The notes under the pieces were generated by a model, which saw nothing but the letters and a program-made list of their open reading frames with translations, made no database searches and had not been told where the DNA came from. DNA of 64,000 nucleotides from assembly GCA_951406725.2 (NCBI GenBank), contig OX597821.1:15562001-15626000 (forward strand), read 5' to 3'. Positions 14,726 through 27,483 of this stretch are shown piece by piece. How positions within the stretch are numbered: the stretch's first letter is position 1; every line of letters begins with the position of its first letter. Made by a program: the position numbers and the translations under genes. This DNA comes from Octopus vulgaris. Lineage: Eukaryota.

Positions 14726-15963
14726 CATGAGTTGAACAAACTAATGGAAACACCTAGAATCATAGTAACATAATTTTGAAATATCTATAAACCGTCAAAA
14801 GCTAGTTTATTTTTATGTTTTTTATTTATTGTTGCGTTGCTTAATATGCTTTGCTAAAATTGTTGTTTCTTTTCAGATATTATCAGAAAAAGGTCATTAA
14901 AATTCATTAAAATGACAGATCTATTGGACTGTCAAAGGGGTCAAATTGTTGGTGTTCGTATGGCAGGCGCTAGCGTAACGAAGACAGCCCAAATGTTTGA
15001 TGCATCATGAAGTACTGTCTTGAAAGTAATTGCAGCCTTTGAGAAAGAGGGAAAAACCTCCTTGTCGAAACAAAACTCCGGAAAAAAACCAAAAGTTTCA
15101 GATGGAGACCGTCGGACTCTTATGCGAATTGTTAGAAAGGATCACAAAAGTATAGCTCCCCAAATTACTGCAGAGCTTAATGACCACCTCGAGAACCCAG
15201 TCTCCACAAAAAGTGTTCGCCGGGAGCGGCACAAAGCTGGATCTCATGGGAGGGCTGCAATAAAAAAGCAACTACTTTCAAAAACAAACGTTGGAAACGT
15301 TTAGGGTGGAGTAAAAACTTACAAAATTGGACCCTAGAGCGGTTGAAGAAGGTTATTTTCTCGTACTAGTCATCCTTTACCTCATTTCCGATCACTGGCC
15401 AAGTGCACGTGAGGAAACAGCTACATGAAGCATTTGACCCAGACTGCCTTCTGCAAACTGTTAAACATGGAGAAGCAACTGTGATGATCTGGGGAGCTAC
15501 ATCTAGATTTCTCTTCTTGGCAGAATTAATAGTCCAGACTATTTAAGCATTTTATTGGATCAAATTCATTCTATGGTTGCAGAACTGTTTCCAGAGGTAA
15601 ACGCAATGTTTCAGGATGATAACGCACCAATTCACACACCTAAAGTTGTTACTGAGGAACATTCTAGTGTAGTCGAACATCTTATATGGCCACCACAGTC
15701 CCCTGATCTCAATATTATTGAACATTTATGGAGCATTTTAGAAAAGCAAGTAAGGAGTCGATATTCTCCACCATAATCACTACAAGAACTGGAGACTGTT
15801 TTAGCTGAAGAATGAACAAAAATTCCTTTGGAAACAATTCAAACTTTCTGTGTCCATATCTCATAGAAATCAAGCTGTAATTACTGCCAAAGGCGGTCCT
15901 ACCCCATATTAAAATAAATTTGTTGAAACTGTAAGGTGTTTCCATTATATTGCCCAACTCCTG
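14726..15963 (+). mobile_element. Full-length decayed Tc1-family (DD34E) DNA transposon
   Basis: About 30-bp TIRs catgagttgaacaaactaatggaaacacct / aggtgtttccattatattgcccaactcctg flanked by TA. Transposase from ATG 14912 (MTDLLDCQRGQIVG) with VKHG, VMIWG, FQDDNAPIH, WPPQSPDLNIIEHLW and terminal GGPTPY*; stops and frameshifts present. Confidence 0.93.
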
Positions 15964-15987
15964 TATATGCGACATATATGATATATA

Positions 15988-16020
<33 letters not shown>

Positions 16021-18780
16021 CGAATTTTCCTTGAGTATAATTAAACTCCCACCCCCACATAAGCATGCTTACAGAGAAAAAAAAACATTAAGAAATTAAT
16101 GTCAGGTTAATTTAAGTATCTAGTTTTCTTTTATATTCTTTTTTTTATATATATATATTCAAATATTAATATATTTTTACACATGCGAAAATGTTAAAAA
16201 AATATCTCTTTGCTTACATACAATTAGAACAATGGTTTCCTGCAGAAGCCTTTGTTGAGACAACAAATATCAATACAAGGAGAATTTCTTACCTGTAAAA
16301 GAAAAAAAGAAATAAAGAATAATTGAAGGAATTAATATGAAACATGAATTTTAGTAATCATAAAATAGCTTTAAAATGCATTAATGAATTATAAATTAAT
16401 TTCCTCAATGTTTACAACAAATATACGTATTAAATAGTAATAAACACTTTTTAACAATATTAAAATAGTATTAGTATTTGTCTTTGGTCAGTAAGTATTA
16501 TTTCCAATTTGCATTTATCTAGAATCAAAGGAATGCATACTATTGCTTAACAAATTTTGCTTTTCTGACCTGGACATCAATATTTTGACATATTTTCCAT
16601 TACATTTCATACAAATACAGCACTGATTTGCTGAAGCAGAAATATCGTTATAGCAAATATTCTCCTCAATACCACACATTTGCTTTTCAGTTGCTTGACC
16701 TTAATCACTTGAGCATATTCCTTAGTGACTGACAATATGTGCTGGAATAGTGAGGGAACATCATAGGCACGGGGTCAGAGGGATTCTTTGGAGTTTGAAT
16801 AAATGTAACAAAAGCAAAAGTTGAAGGAAATATTAGCCATCTTTCATACTTTGAGGACAAAGCAAATAGGAAATAACTGTTGCTAGACAAGGACAAAAAT
16901 CGTGTTACACAGTTTAATGGTTTTATATTTTGGTAGAGAGGCAGCAGTTTTTGAGGGCGATGTGTAAGTCGATTACATCGACTCCAGTATTTAGATGGCA
17001 CTTATTTCATCGACCTCGAAATGATTGAACGCAAAATCATCCTCGGCGAGATTTGTGCTCAGAATGTAAAGACAAGAGAAATGCCGCTAAGCATGTTTCC
17101 GCCGTGCTAACGGTTCTGTCATCTCACTACTTTCAATTCGATAAATAATAAAAGAAAACAAAAATTTATGAGCTTGAAACTCACAAATAACAGCCAGCCA
17201 GCCACCACCGAAAAGTTCTTGATCTCACCACCAATAATATTTACGTAAGGGAAAAAATTGTCTGGAGTTCGTTTCCAGACAATTAATTGTTTGGCATAAT
17301 GTTGGACAATTTCTCTAACAAAGACTTCAAATTACTCATTAAGTTAGATGCCGCCTTATAAACGGACGTTGCGTTGTGGAGACGAGTTGTTATAGACAAA
17401 TTTCATGGTAGAAACAGGGGTCACATTACAGTTAGATGCCATGCATTTCATAAACAAAACATCAAACACAAGAGAAAGTTAGCAAAAAGAGAAATATTCT
17501 TTCGATGTGTAATGACCAAAACCTCTGCAATCTATTATCATAACGCGAAAAAGAAACGAATTTGTCAATGAACATGACGCTATGAATTATTTCTTGTCAT
17601 GAATTAAGTTAAACACAGGTAAGCATTTTGTAATAACGGTGCGAGAATACCACCAAATAGGTGACAGAGGCAAGCAAACGGATGCAGAAGTAGTAATATA
17701 GAAGAAAAAAAGGGAAGAAAGATGACGAGCATAGGTACTTTTTGACATTGTGCACCTATGGATTCCGTAGAGTATGAATTATACTGTAACGAAAGTTATT
17801 TACAGCGGACCAAAATGTATTTTGGGTTAACCGAGAGACATCTAAATATAACTGTTAAAAATAGTGTTCTATAGTTGTGGAAAATGTAGACTGTAGCAAC
17901 TCTACAAACGATAGTATAAGAAAACTCATGAGAGCATCAGAAATGGAAGGTGTCCCTACTCGACCAGCCAGAAGTAGAAACTATGTCGCTCTCAAAGCTC
18001 AACATATTGCCATATGAGTAGGAGACCTGTGTATAATAGCTTCTAGATCTGGATACAAGATGATGATGCTCAAGGCTTAATTTCTTTTGGTGACCTGAGG
18101 CTAGAAAACAACATAAAATACATATGTAATATATATATATATTGCGCAGTACATAATACGCAGGATATATAAAAAAAAAATAATAATCGACATGTCTATT
18201 ACCAGCTTTAAAATAAAAGCACTCAACAGAAGTAAATTTGTGAATAATGAAGTAATGCTCTTACTGTTGATTACAATAATGCCATATAATCTGAATAATG
18301 TATTTGCATTTTTCCCCGCTGGCAATCAAAGCAAATGCCATCACAGTTTTGTTTAAGGACCTATGGTGAGGATCCTATTTGTTCAGTTATTAACGAAAAA
18401 AAGTATATATGCGAGGAAATGATCAAAATGAATAAAATACAGATTCGCCAACAGAAATCAGAATGACAGATTCATCAGGGAAAGACCTAATATTTATAGA
18501 TATAATTGTGGCAATATTCGTCAGGAGAGAGCCAAGATTTTTCATAATTAATACAAGTGCAGTTTTATGCGTGTTTGTAGTGCATTATGTAACGAGGGGA
18601 AATTACTATAACTGTGTGCAGAGTCTAATGGAAAATGGTAGTCAATAATATTGCGGACATTATTGAGTAGGGTTGTATATATATATTTATGCAAATTCTT
18701 TGCTAATTTCTCTACTACAATAAATACTATTATTCCTACAACCACTACCATCACCACACTAATACATCTCTCTCTCTCTT

Positions 18781-18816
<36 letters not shown>

Positions 18817-20148
18817 CATATATATTTCTCTCTCTTTCCCGTTCTCTCCGTATGTATGTATGCATGTATGTGCGTCTCTGTGTTTGTGTTATTGTGAGGA
18901 TATAGATTGCTCATAAAGGGGAAGGCAAATGTAAATTGATAATATGTTAATAAACTGGTGTTATCTGTTAAAACTCTGTTTTCTTCTTTAGCCATCCCCA
19001 AACACACATCCTGTCTGTCTGTCTGTCTTTCTCTCTTACTAGATGAACGTAAGCACACACATACACACAAGAACACGCACATATGACTTAGTAAAAGAGA
19101 ATTACATTGTCTTTGTTGTATGATTTTGTTTCTTTAATAGTTTAACCACACGAATTTAAAGTCGACTGAATAGTTTGTGTTTATCATTTTACCTTTAAAT
19201 CTAAGCAATTCTTTTATAAAGTCACGGAGAATAAGAATTCAGGTTCGTAATTAATCCCTTGAAGAAATACATGATTGATAAAACTGAATACAGGAAATAT
19301 GCATTTGATAATTTGTATATATGGATGTATATATATATATATATGTTGTCTGTATTTGTGTGTGCATGTGCCATGACAGTTACTCTGATATCTGATGAGC
19401 AATATTACATCTACTTAGAAATAGATGATCCTCATGATGGCACCTGTAATAAATTCCTCATGATGGCACCTGTAATAAATAGCCTCTATAACCCTAGTAT
19501 ATATTTATATAAATTAAAAAGAATTCAGTCCTTGGAACATCCTGTCTACTTCTAAACCACATTGTTGTGCAAGTGATCATACCCACACATAGTGCTTGAG
19601 ATACGGTTATTGACGTTCAAACCAGGAATAGTGATATAGATCGCTTTACTAAAAATGGAAAGGCGGCCAAGGACTGACATCGATCTAAGCACAATGTGAA
19701 TGTCACATTATATCCCTTCTACAAGTCTACATACGTGACACCGATAACAGAATGACAATTGGAAAGGTGATCTTAAGAAAGTATTCGCTGCCTCATGACC
19801 AAGGATGTACACAAAGAAAGGTTGCACAATTCTACTGCAACAGGTCATAAAAGAAAATGGCTGCAAACATAGATTTCTCGCACCAAGAAACGGTCATCTA
19901 TAGATATATATTCAGAAAGCTTCAAAGTTACAGTGATTCTGACAACGAAAAGTCGTGTATCCTGAATTACATGCGACGATCGATGCAGGGTTTGGTAAAT
20001 TTACGTTGGAGATGCTATCCACATCATCAGTAAAGATGTGGATAGCATCTTTATGACATATCCGGAAGAGATGTCATCTCTAGACAATACCAACTTAGTT
20101 GTGTCAACGAGGTATATACATATATGAACACATGCATACATACATACA

Positions 20149-20195
<47 letters not shown>

Positions 20196-20546
20196 GTGTG
20201 TGTGTATGTATGTGTGTGTGTATGTGTGTGTAAATTATGATACTGGTATTGTTCACAACAAAACATGTGCAACCTATACATTATGTATATAGAGTGTACT
20301 GTTCCGTGATTGTCAAATCAAAATATAAAGTACTCCATATGGTGAGAGATAAATTTTATCTAATAAACACAATACATGTATTTATGTGCTACTATTAGTG
20401 TCATGTGCTGAGAGAATGCTAAACAGTGTTTATAACGCTGATGATTAGGCTAGGACACCAGACGTATTAAAAGTCTTGTGTGGCATGCTCTCAATACATG
20501 AAACTAAGAGTAGCACATAAATGCATGCATTGTGTTTATTAATATG

Positions 20547-20619
<73 letters not shown>

Positions 20620-20808
20620 ATGTGTGTGTTTGTGTCTCTGTGTGCGTGTGTGTGGAAAGTATGTTTCATTGGTGTCTATCTTAATAGTGATTCAGTTGCG
20701 TATAACTGATACATTTACTTCAACACACATACATACACTCGCACGCACAAACATATGCACGCGCACACACGCACGCACACACATATGCACGCGCACACAC
20801 ATTTATGC

Positions 20809-20851
<43 letters not shown>

Positions 20852-21670
20852 TATAAATAGAGGGAATGAGAGACAAAAAGAGTCGTGGGTAATATAGGAA
20901 TTTAGATTGATGGATATACTCAATTTATACATATACATCTGAAGTAATTGTATAGATTTGTACTCAGTATTCATATAACTATACGACGTCTCAGAGTTTC
21001 AACATAATGCAGACATAGCGTAAAAGTAGAACATTGATTTGCTTTTGATGTGTCAAATGACAGGGAACATCATAGAAATTTTGGCGCTGCCAAATCTATT
21101 AGATTGAATATTCTCACACGAACGTGATTATTGCAACAGAGGGCGTTATAAAGTGGCTTGGAACGAAGTATAACGGGAACATTAGTTGTATACAGCTGAA
21201 AGTAGTTGGTACTTGTTCATTTAAGTTAGTGTTTGACTGTTTTGGTTTAGTGTAGTGGAGGAATGTTTTAGAGTGGAAGATATGTAGATGCTTGAGTAAA
21301 ACAAAGGTGAATGGTCAAGGAATGAGTGTTGGAGATAGGTAGTCTATCATAAACACATCTTGACGTATGTTGTTTGGAAAGACGCTTAATGGTCTTAATA
21401 AGTAAGTAGATATGATAAAACTGTTTGTGTGTGTGTATACGTGTATATATGCATATATCTATATATATATCTATTTATCTATCTATCTTATATATATATA
21501 GAATGGTTGTATACTGTCAATCTACCAAGAACGTGACAGTAGGGGGTACACCACCACTGTATAGCCCTAGGAAGCATCGAACGCCTCCTGATGGCTTTGA
21601 CACATTTTTCCCTGTGTCCTTATATACATATACGAAGGGGAGACAAACACCCCCGGCTGCCGCAACTACA

Positions 21671-21716
21671 TCTAGGGACACCGTGTTTCAGGATCGTTGT
21701 CCTTCATCGGCCTAGA
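21671..21716 (-). ncRNA. Type I hammerhead ribozyme motif with CCGAUGA core variant
   Basis: UCUAGG-CCGAUGA-AGGA(CAACGA)UCCU-GAAA-CAC-G-GUG-UC-CCUAGA. Perfect 6-bp stem I, 4-bp stem II, near-palindromic stem III, GUC cleavage triplet. Confidence 0.8.
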
Positions 21717-22079
21717 GTAGCAGACACCGGTCAGCTGGTGATATTTTCCTCGACTTCGTAATTGTATATATCTATATTCAGTGAAGTCTATTCACTGATT
21801 ATATGTATATAAGGACACCGGGAAAAATGTGTCAAAGCCATCAGGAGGCGTTCGATGCTTCCTAGGGCTATACAGCGGTGGTGTATCCCCTACTGTCACG
21901 TTCATGTTAGATTGACAGTATACAACCATTCTATCGCCCCACCACCGTACATGTCTCTACGAGAGATTTAGAAATTCAATATTTCTTATTTTGATAATCA
22001 GTGAATAGACTTCACTAAATATAGATATATACAATTACGAAGTCGAGGCAAATATCACCAGCTGACCGGTGTCTGCTAC

Positions 22080-22125
22080 TCTAGACCGATGAAGGACAAC
22101 GATCCTGAAACACGGTGTCCTTAGA
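22080..22125 (+). ncRNA. Second copy of the hammerhead motif, stem I weakened
   Basis: UCUAGA-CCGAUGA-AGGA(CAACGA)UCCU-GAAA-CACGGUG-UC-CUUAGA; same core, two substitutions in stem I. Confidence 0.7.
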
Positions 22126-22348
22126 TGTAGTTCCGGCAGCCGGGGGTGTTTGTCTCCCCTTCGTATATGTATATAAAGACCCAGGGAAAAATGTGTCAAA
22201 GACATCAGGAGGCGTTCGATGCTTCCTAGGGCTATACAGCGGTGGTGTACCCACTACTGTCACGTTCTTGTTAGATTGACAGTATACAACCATTCTATCG
22301 CCCCACCACCGTACATGTCTCTACGAGAGATTTAGAAATTCAATATTT

Positions 22349-22394
<46 letters not shown>

Positions 22395-23000
22395 TGTATA
22401 TATGTATTGAGAAAAATACATTGAGTCATCATTTTGGAAAAATAGACGTGAGACATACAGGGATATTGTATCTGTAGTTCACTATTTAGGCAGAATAGTA
22501 TATATACAAGGTTCATGTACCTTGTGAGTAATGTCCAATAGTATTTAGCATTGGTGATTCCATGCATAGAGTTTGTAAACGGTGTTATTGATTCGAGGGT
22601 TTTGTTTAAAGTGATTTAAAAGTTGGGAAGGTTTTTGTAAGGTCAAATCAAAAACAGGAAGAGAGAAAAAATATAGAAAGAAAAGACAAAAAAAGGAAAA
22701 AAGGGAGAGCGAGGAAAATAGATAATAATGAAATGAAGAGAGAGAAAGTGTACTGGTTAGTGATAAATTGATAAAAGGGGCACCACCTTGGAAGGTTTTA
22801 GAAATCGACTCCAGGACTCTTTATTCAAAGATCAGTACTTATTCCATCGGTCTCGTTTGTCAACCGCTAGATTAAGATACCTAAACATTCCAACACCGGC
22901 CGTCAAGTGGTAGTATGGGAAAAAGCAGAGACTAAAAGACGCACACGCTATACACATATATATATATAGGTGTGTGTGTGTGAGAGAGAGAGAGAGAGAC

Positions 23001-23186
23001 CGCGTGTGTACCGTTGGCGATTTTTTCATCCGTCTTCCCTTCTTTGGACCTTTCCTTTTCTGATGAAGAGCTTCGCTCGAAACGTTAGGCCCTCCTTGCT
23101 TCCTTCTTTCCTGAGCGTCCAATAACACTATACTTGTTCCATGTACTCGCGTTGTTGTGTTTTCTTTCTGTGCTTTCATGTTTGGA

Positions 23187-23190
<4 letters not shown>
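23001..23190 (+). mobile_element. About 200-bp PLE-type solo terminal repeat with hammerhead motif (23056-23090)
   Basis: CUGAUGA-AGAGC(UUC)GCUC-GAAA-CG-UU-AGGC with weak stem I. Homologous to the reverse-strand copy at 56161-56366; lies between (GA)n and (TA)n. Confidence 0.72.
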
Positions 23191-23230
<40 letters not shown>

Positions 23231-23232
<2 letters not shown>

Positions 23233-23405
23233 TCTTTATTTAAAGCCGCAGAAAATTCAACAAAACCTGTTACGAACGGGAACGTGAAACTCAGAGTAAC
23301 AGGTCTTGTTGAATTTTCTGCTGCTTTAAATAAAGCATATTATTCTACCACTGGTATTTGAGTACTCTTTTTTGCACCTTGTTTCACATTTATGTGTTAA
23401 CTCCG

Positions 23406-23408
<3 letters not shown>
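23231..23408 (+). mobile_element. PLE-type terminal fragment with 40-bp 5' inversion and hammerhead remnant
   Basis: Arms 23234-23273 and 23296-23335 are inverted. The centre reads CCUGU-UACGA-ACG(GGAA)CGU-GAAA-CUC-A-GAG-UA-ACAGG. (TA)n on both sides. Confidence 0.65.
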
Positions 23409-23447
<39 letters not shown>

Positions 23448-23750
23448 CTTCCATCAAATCCATTCACAAGGCAATAATAGAAAATATTTGCTCAGGGTGC
23501 CATGCAGTCGGACCGGACCTGAAGCCATATTGCTGGAAAGGAAACTTCTCACCATATACCACATTCATCCACAGACTTTCGGTCTTTCTGGGACTATAGT
23601 AATAGACATATGGCCGTGGTATCAGGCAGGGAAACTATAGGCGAAACCACGTGATTGAAATCCGAGCTCCTTAGTGAAACTTCTATGCTCACGTAGAAGC
23701 TCACAAATGAATACGAATATAAATGACTGCTTAATATAACTATAGTATAT

Positions 23751-24150
23751 AGGCACAGGAGTGGCTGTGTGGTAAGTAGCTTGTTTACAAACCACATGGT
23801 TCCGGGTTTAGTCCCACTGCGTGGCACCTTGGGCAAGTGTCTTCTACTATAGCCGACCAAAGCCTTGTGAGTGGATTTGGTAGACGGAAACTGAAAGAAG
23901 CCCGTCGTATATATGTATATATATATGTGTATGTGCATGCGTTTGTGTGTCTGTGTTTGTCCCCCTAGCATTGCTTGACAACCGATGCTGGTGTGTTTAC
24001 GTCCCCGTCACATAGCGGTTAGGCAAAAGAGCCCGATAGAATAAGTACTGGGCTTACAAAGAATAAGTCCCGGGGTCGAGTTGCTCGATTAAAAAAGGCG
24101 GTGATCCAGCATGGCGACAGTCAAATGACTGAAACAAGTAAAAGAGTAAA
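23751..24150 (+). mobile_element. tRNA-derived SINE, family A, full length
   Basis: A-box-like gtggctgtgtggt, B-box-like ggtttagtccc, internal (TA/TG)n, tail gtaaaagagtaaaa; many copies in the window. Confidence 0.92.
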
Positions 24151-24716
24151 AAAGAGAGAGTATATAGTGATATACAAAATATTCTTTTTAGGGGAGTGAC
24201 TGTATGTGAAATTTAATTTGGGAAGCGTGTGTAGGCAATTGTGTGTTTTGGTTAGACAAATATAGTAAATGCGCTATTGTTCCAGTCGGGAGCCTCAGTT
24301 GTCTTGTCCGAGGACCATAATTATTTTTACATATATATCCAGCAGCAAAATCATCAACTGAAATGCTGTGTAGCCTAAGTCAACATCAGACACTGAAGTA
24401 AACGCTACAATATTAATAGGAAATGTCAATAATATAACCGGTTATGCTTATTAAAATATAATACAAATTTATAAAATTGATTTGTGCTTTGATAAGAGTG
24501 ATTTATGAGACACAAAAGGGAACAAGTCCGCCTACAGATGTCGAGCCATTAATCTGTGGTTATGGATTACAACAGAGCCCAATTGAACAACTTAAAATGT
24601 AGAAACTACATAGACAAAAACACATGCATATGTATTTGTATATGTAAATATATATGTATATATACACACAATATGTCTACCTACCTACCTATCTATCTAT
24701 ATATCTGTCTATCTGC

Positions 24717-24750
<34 letters not shown>

Positions 24751-25517
24751 CAAATAACCTATTTCTTTTCCCATCACCTTCTCATTCACTGACTTCATTG
24801 TATTACCGAATAGATGGCCAAGTCCCTCGGGATACGACATTGTCTCATAACAATGTCGCTCCATTTATAATTCACAAATGAAAATTTTGACTAAAGAAGA
24901 AAAAAAGAAAATACATGTACATATAAAAATCTTGGCGGCGTTTCATTTACTTAATGAGAGTTTGCACAAAATAACTGCTATGGCAATCACTTCAATTGAG
25001 AAATGTATTTACAATAATCGTAATTGCTAATAAAATAACAGACAAATAGAATATCTGTAGGTTATTCAAAGGATTTCGTCGCCAACTTCAGTTTTTCAAT
25101 TAACTGAAGTTTAAAATAAATAAATAAATAATGAAATCTATCTCATTAAGGTTAGTTTTTTCAAAATGACAAACATCTATTATTCTAGATAACGATAGAA
25201 ACATGTCAAATTCATGTGAGAGCACATAGAAATGTAGACTCAAACTAATTGAATTTATTGAGGAAAATGAGTTTTGTTTTCAAATGCCACCATGTCATAT
25301 TCAAACTTCTTGCTACTTCTGTAGGAGACCGAGGTTGAGGGTTTGAAAATATCACACGATCAAAGCAGCGAGTTGAGAGAGTCGACAGAACGTCTGATGG
25401 GAACCCCCATGGTATTTTGTATTGACATCCCGTTCTGTGTTCACCTTTGTTAAGTTCACCTTTGCCTTTCGACATAGAGGGACACGGAATTAATAGAAGT
25501 ATAAAAGGAATCAGACA

Positions 25518-26795
25518 CAGGCGTGGCTGTGTGGTAAGAAGTTTGTTTCCCAACCACATGGTTCCAGGTTCCGTCCCACTTGGGCAAATGTCCTCTTTTA
25601 GAGCTTCGGATAAGAGTGGATTTGATAAATGGAAGCTGAAAGAAGCCCGTCATATATACAGGGATTAGAAAAAATAATGGAAACACCTGGCATCATAGCT
25701 TCATAATTTTCAAAAATCTATAAACCGTCATAAGCTTGTTTATTTTTATGTTTTTGATTAATTATTAGTGTTTAATATGCATTACTGAAGTACAGCTCCC
25801 AAAATTACTGCAGAGCTTAATGACCACCTCGAGAACGCGGTTTCCAGAAAAAAACTGTTCGCCGAGAGCTGCACAAAGTCGGATTTCAGGCGAGGGCTAC
25901 AATCAGAAAACCACTACTTTCAAACACAGACGTTGGAAAGCGTTTGGAGTCAAGTAAAATCCTACAGAAATGGTCCCTAGAGCAGTGGAAGAATGTTATT
26001 TTCTCGGACGAGACAGCCAAACGAAGCATATGGCCCAGACTGCCTTCTTCCAACTGTTGAACATGGAGGAGGTTCTGTGATGATCTGGGGAGCTATATCT
26101 TGGAAATTCGCCGACCTAATGGTTTTCCTTTATGACATAATTAATAGTCAAGTCTATTTAAGCATTTTATCAAATCAAATTCATTCTGTGGTTCCGGAAC
26201 TGTTTCTGGAGGGAAACGCGATCTTTCAGAGTGATAATGCACCAATTTACACAGCTAAAGTTGTTACTGAATGGCTCGAGGAACATTCTAGTGAAGTTGA
26301 ACATCTTATCTGGCCACCACAGTCCCCAGATCTCAATATTATTGAACATTTACGGTGCATTTTCGAAAAAAAACTTCAGGACTCATCACTACAAGAACTG
26401 GAGACTGTTTTAGCTGAAGAATGGACAAAGATGCGTTTGGAAACAATTCAAACTTTGTACGAGTTTGAATTCATAGAATTCAAGCTGTAATTACTGTCAA
26501 AGGCGGTCTTATCCCATATTAAAATAAATTTGTTTGAAATTGTAAGGTGCTTCCATTATGTATGTATGTATATATGTATGTATATATGGATACACATATA
26601 TGTATGTGTGTATGTTTGACTGCGACCACAGAATGCAGCCGGCGTTGGTGTGTTTACCTCCAAGTAACCTAGCCTTTCAGCAAATGTGACCGATAAAATA
26701 AGTACTACACAAATAAATCCAGCGTTTCATGTGTTTGACTAAAAGCCTTTAAAGCGGTGCTCCAGCATAGCCAAAGTCAAATGACTTAAAGTATA
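25518..26795 (+). mobile_element. Family A SINE split by a Tc1 insertion
   Basis: Head at 25518-25655 and tail at about 26590-26795 flank the Tc1 copy, which sits in the internal TA tract. Confidence 0.8.
25659..26559 (+). mobile_element. Internally deleted Tc1 element, same family as 14726-15963
   Basis: Left TIR cagggattagaaaaaataatggaaacacct after TA. ORF 25993-26490 has TVEHGGGSVMIWG, FQSDNAPIY and WPPQSPDLNIIEHL. Right TIR truncated. Confidence 0.9.
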
Positions 26796-27428
26796 AATGG
26801 TGAAAACATAAATCCAAAGTGGTGGATTGGTAGGAAGGTAAGAGCCTTGCGATGTTTATCGAAATTATTCCCTTCCGACTTTGCATTCCACCACGGTCTT
26901 AGTAGGTAATCGACATAATCCATCGCGCATCTCACACATTGAGCGCCTTTAGCGAACTCCAGAGTGGTGGAAGCATTCTGCCGAAATTTAAGATTTCAAA
27001 TTACCTCCCAAATTCCTACGAGTCTTGGAGGCATATAGTCCTTATTGATGATCATGGGCACTTATCGATGAACATCACTCTACACTGAGAGATAAAAGAA
27101 CAAGTAACTACAACAATTTTTAAAAACCTGAAAAATGTGCCCTCCCTGTTGAAAACGAGAGCTGCTCAGTTAATTAGTATATAGTGATGCAATGTTTGTT
27201 CTGACCGTCATTCATTTCATCAAATCGACATTGGCAATACAATATATTCTTTTATTCATTTACTTGTTTCAGTCATTTGACTGTGGCCATGCTGGAGCAC
27301 CGCCTTTTGTCGAACAAATGGACCCCAGGACTTATTCTTTCTAAACCTAGTATTTCTTCTATCGGGCTCTTTAACCGAAGCACTAATGCTGGCTTGTTTA
27401 CAGGGATCTACACAGTCACTCCTGCACC

Positions 27429-27483
<55 letters not shown>

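Larger units (their letters stand above)
21498..22352. mobile_element. Non-coding hammerhead-bearing element: 365-bp unit in partial tandem, preceded by an inverted copy (candidate retrozyme or PLE pseudo-LTR array)
   Basis: 21498-21802 is the reverse complement of about 21995-22298; about 21800-21988 repeats directly at about 22165-22352 (period 365). Both ends abut (TA)n. Confidence 0.85.

Noticed and set aside
19388-19430. CTGATGA...GAAA resembling a hammerhead core
   Set aside because: No stem II can form between the motifs and stems I/III are unconvincing.
21425-22293. Two similar short ORFs (MVVYCQS...DRCPSS) on opposite strands
   Set aside because: They arise from the inverted duplication of the hammerhead-bearing unit; no recognisable protein motif.
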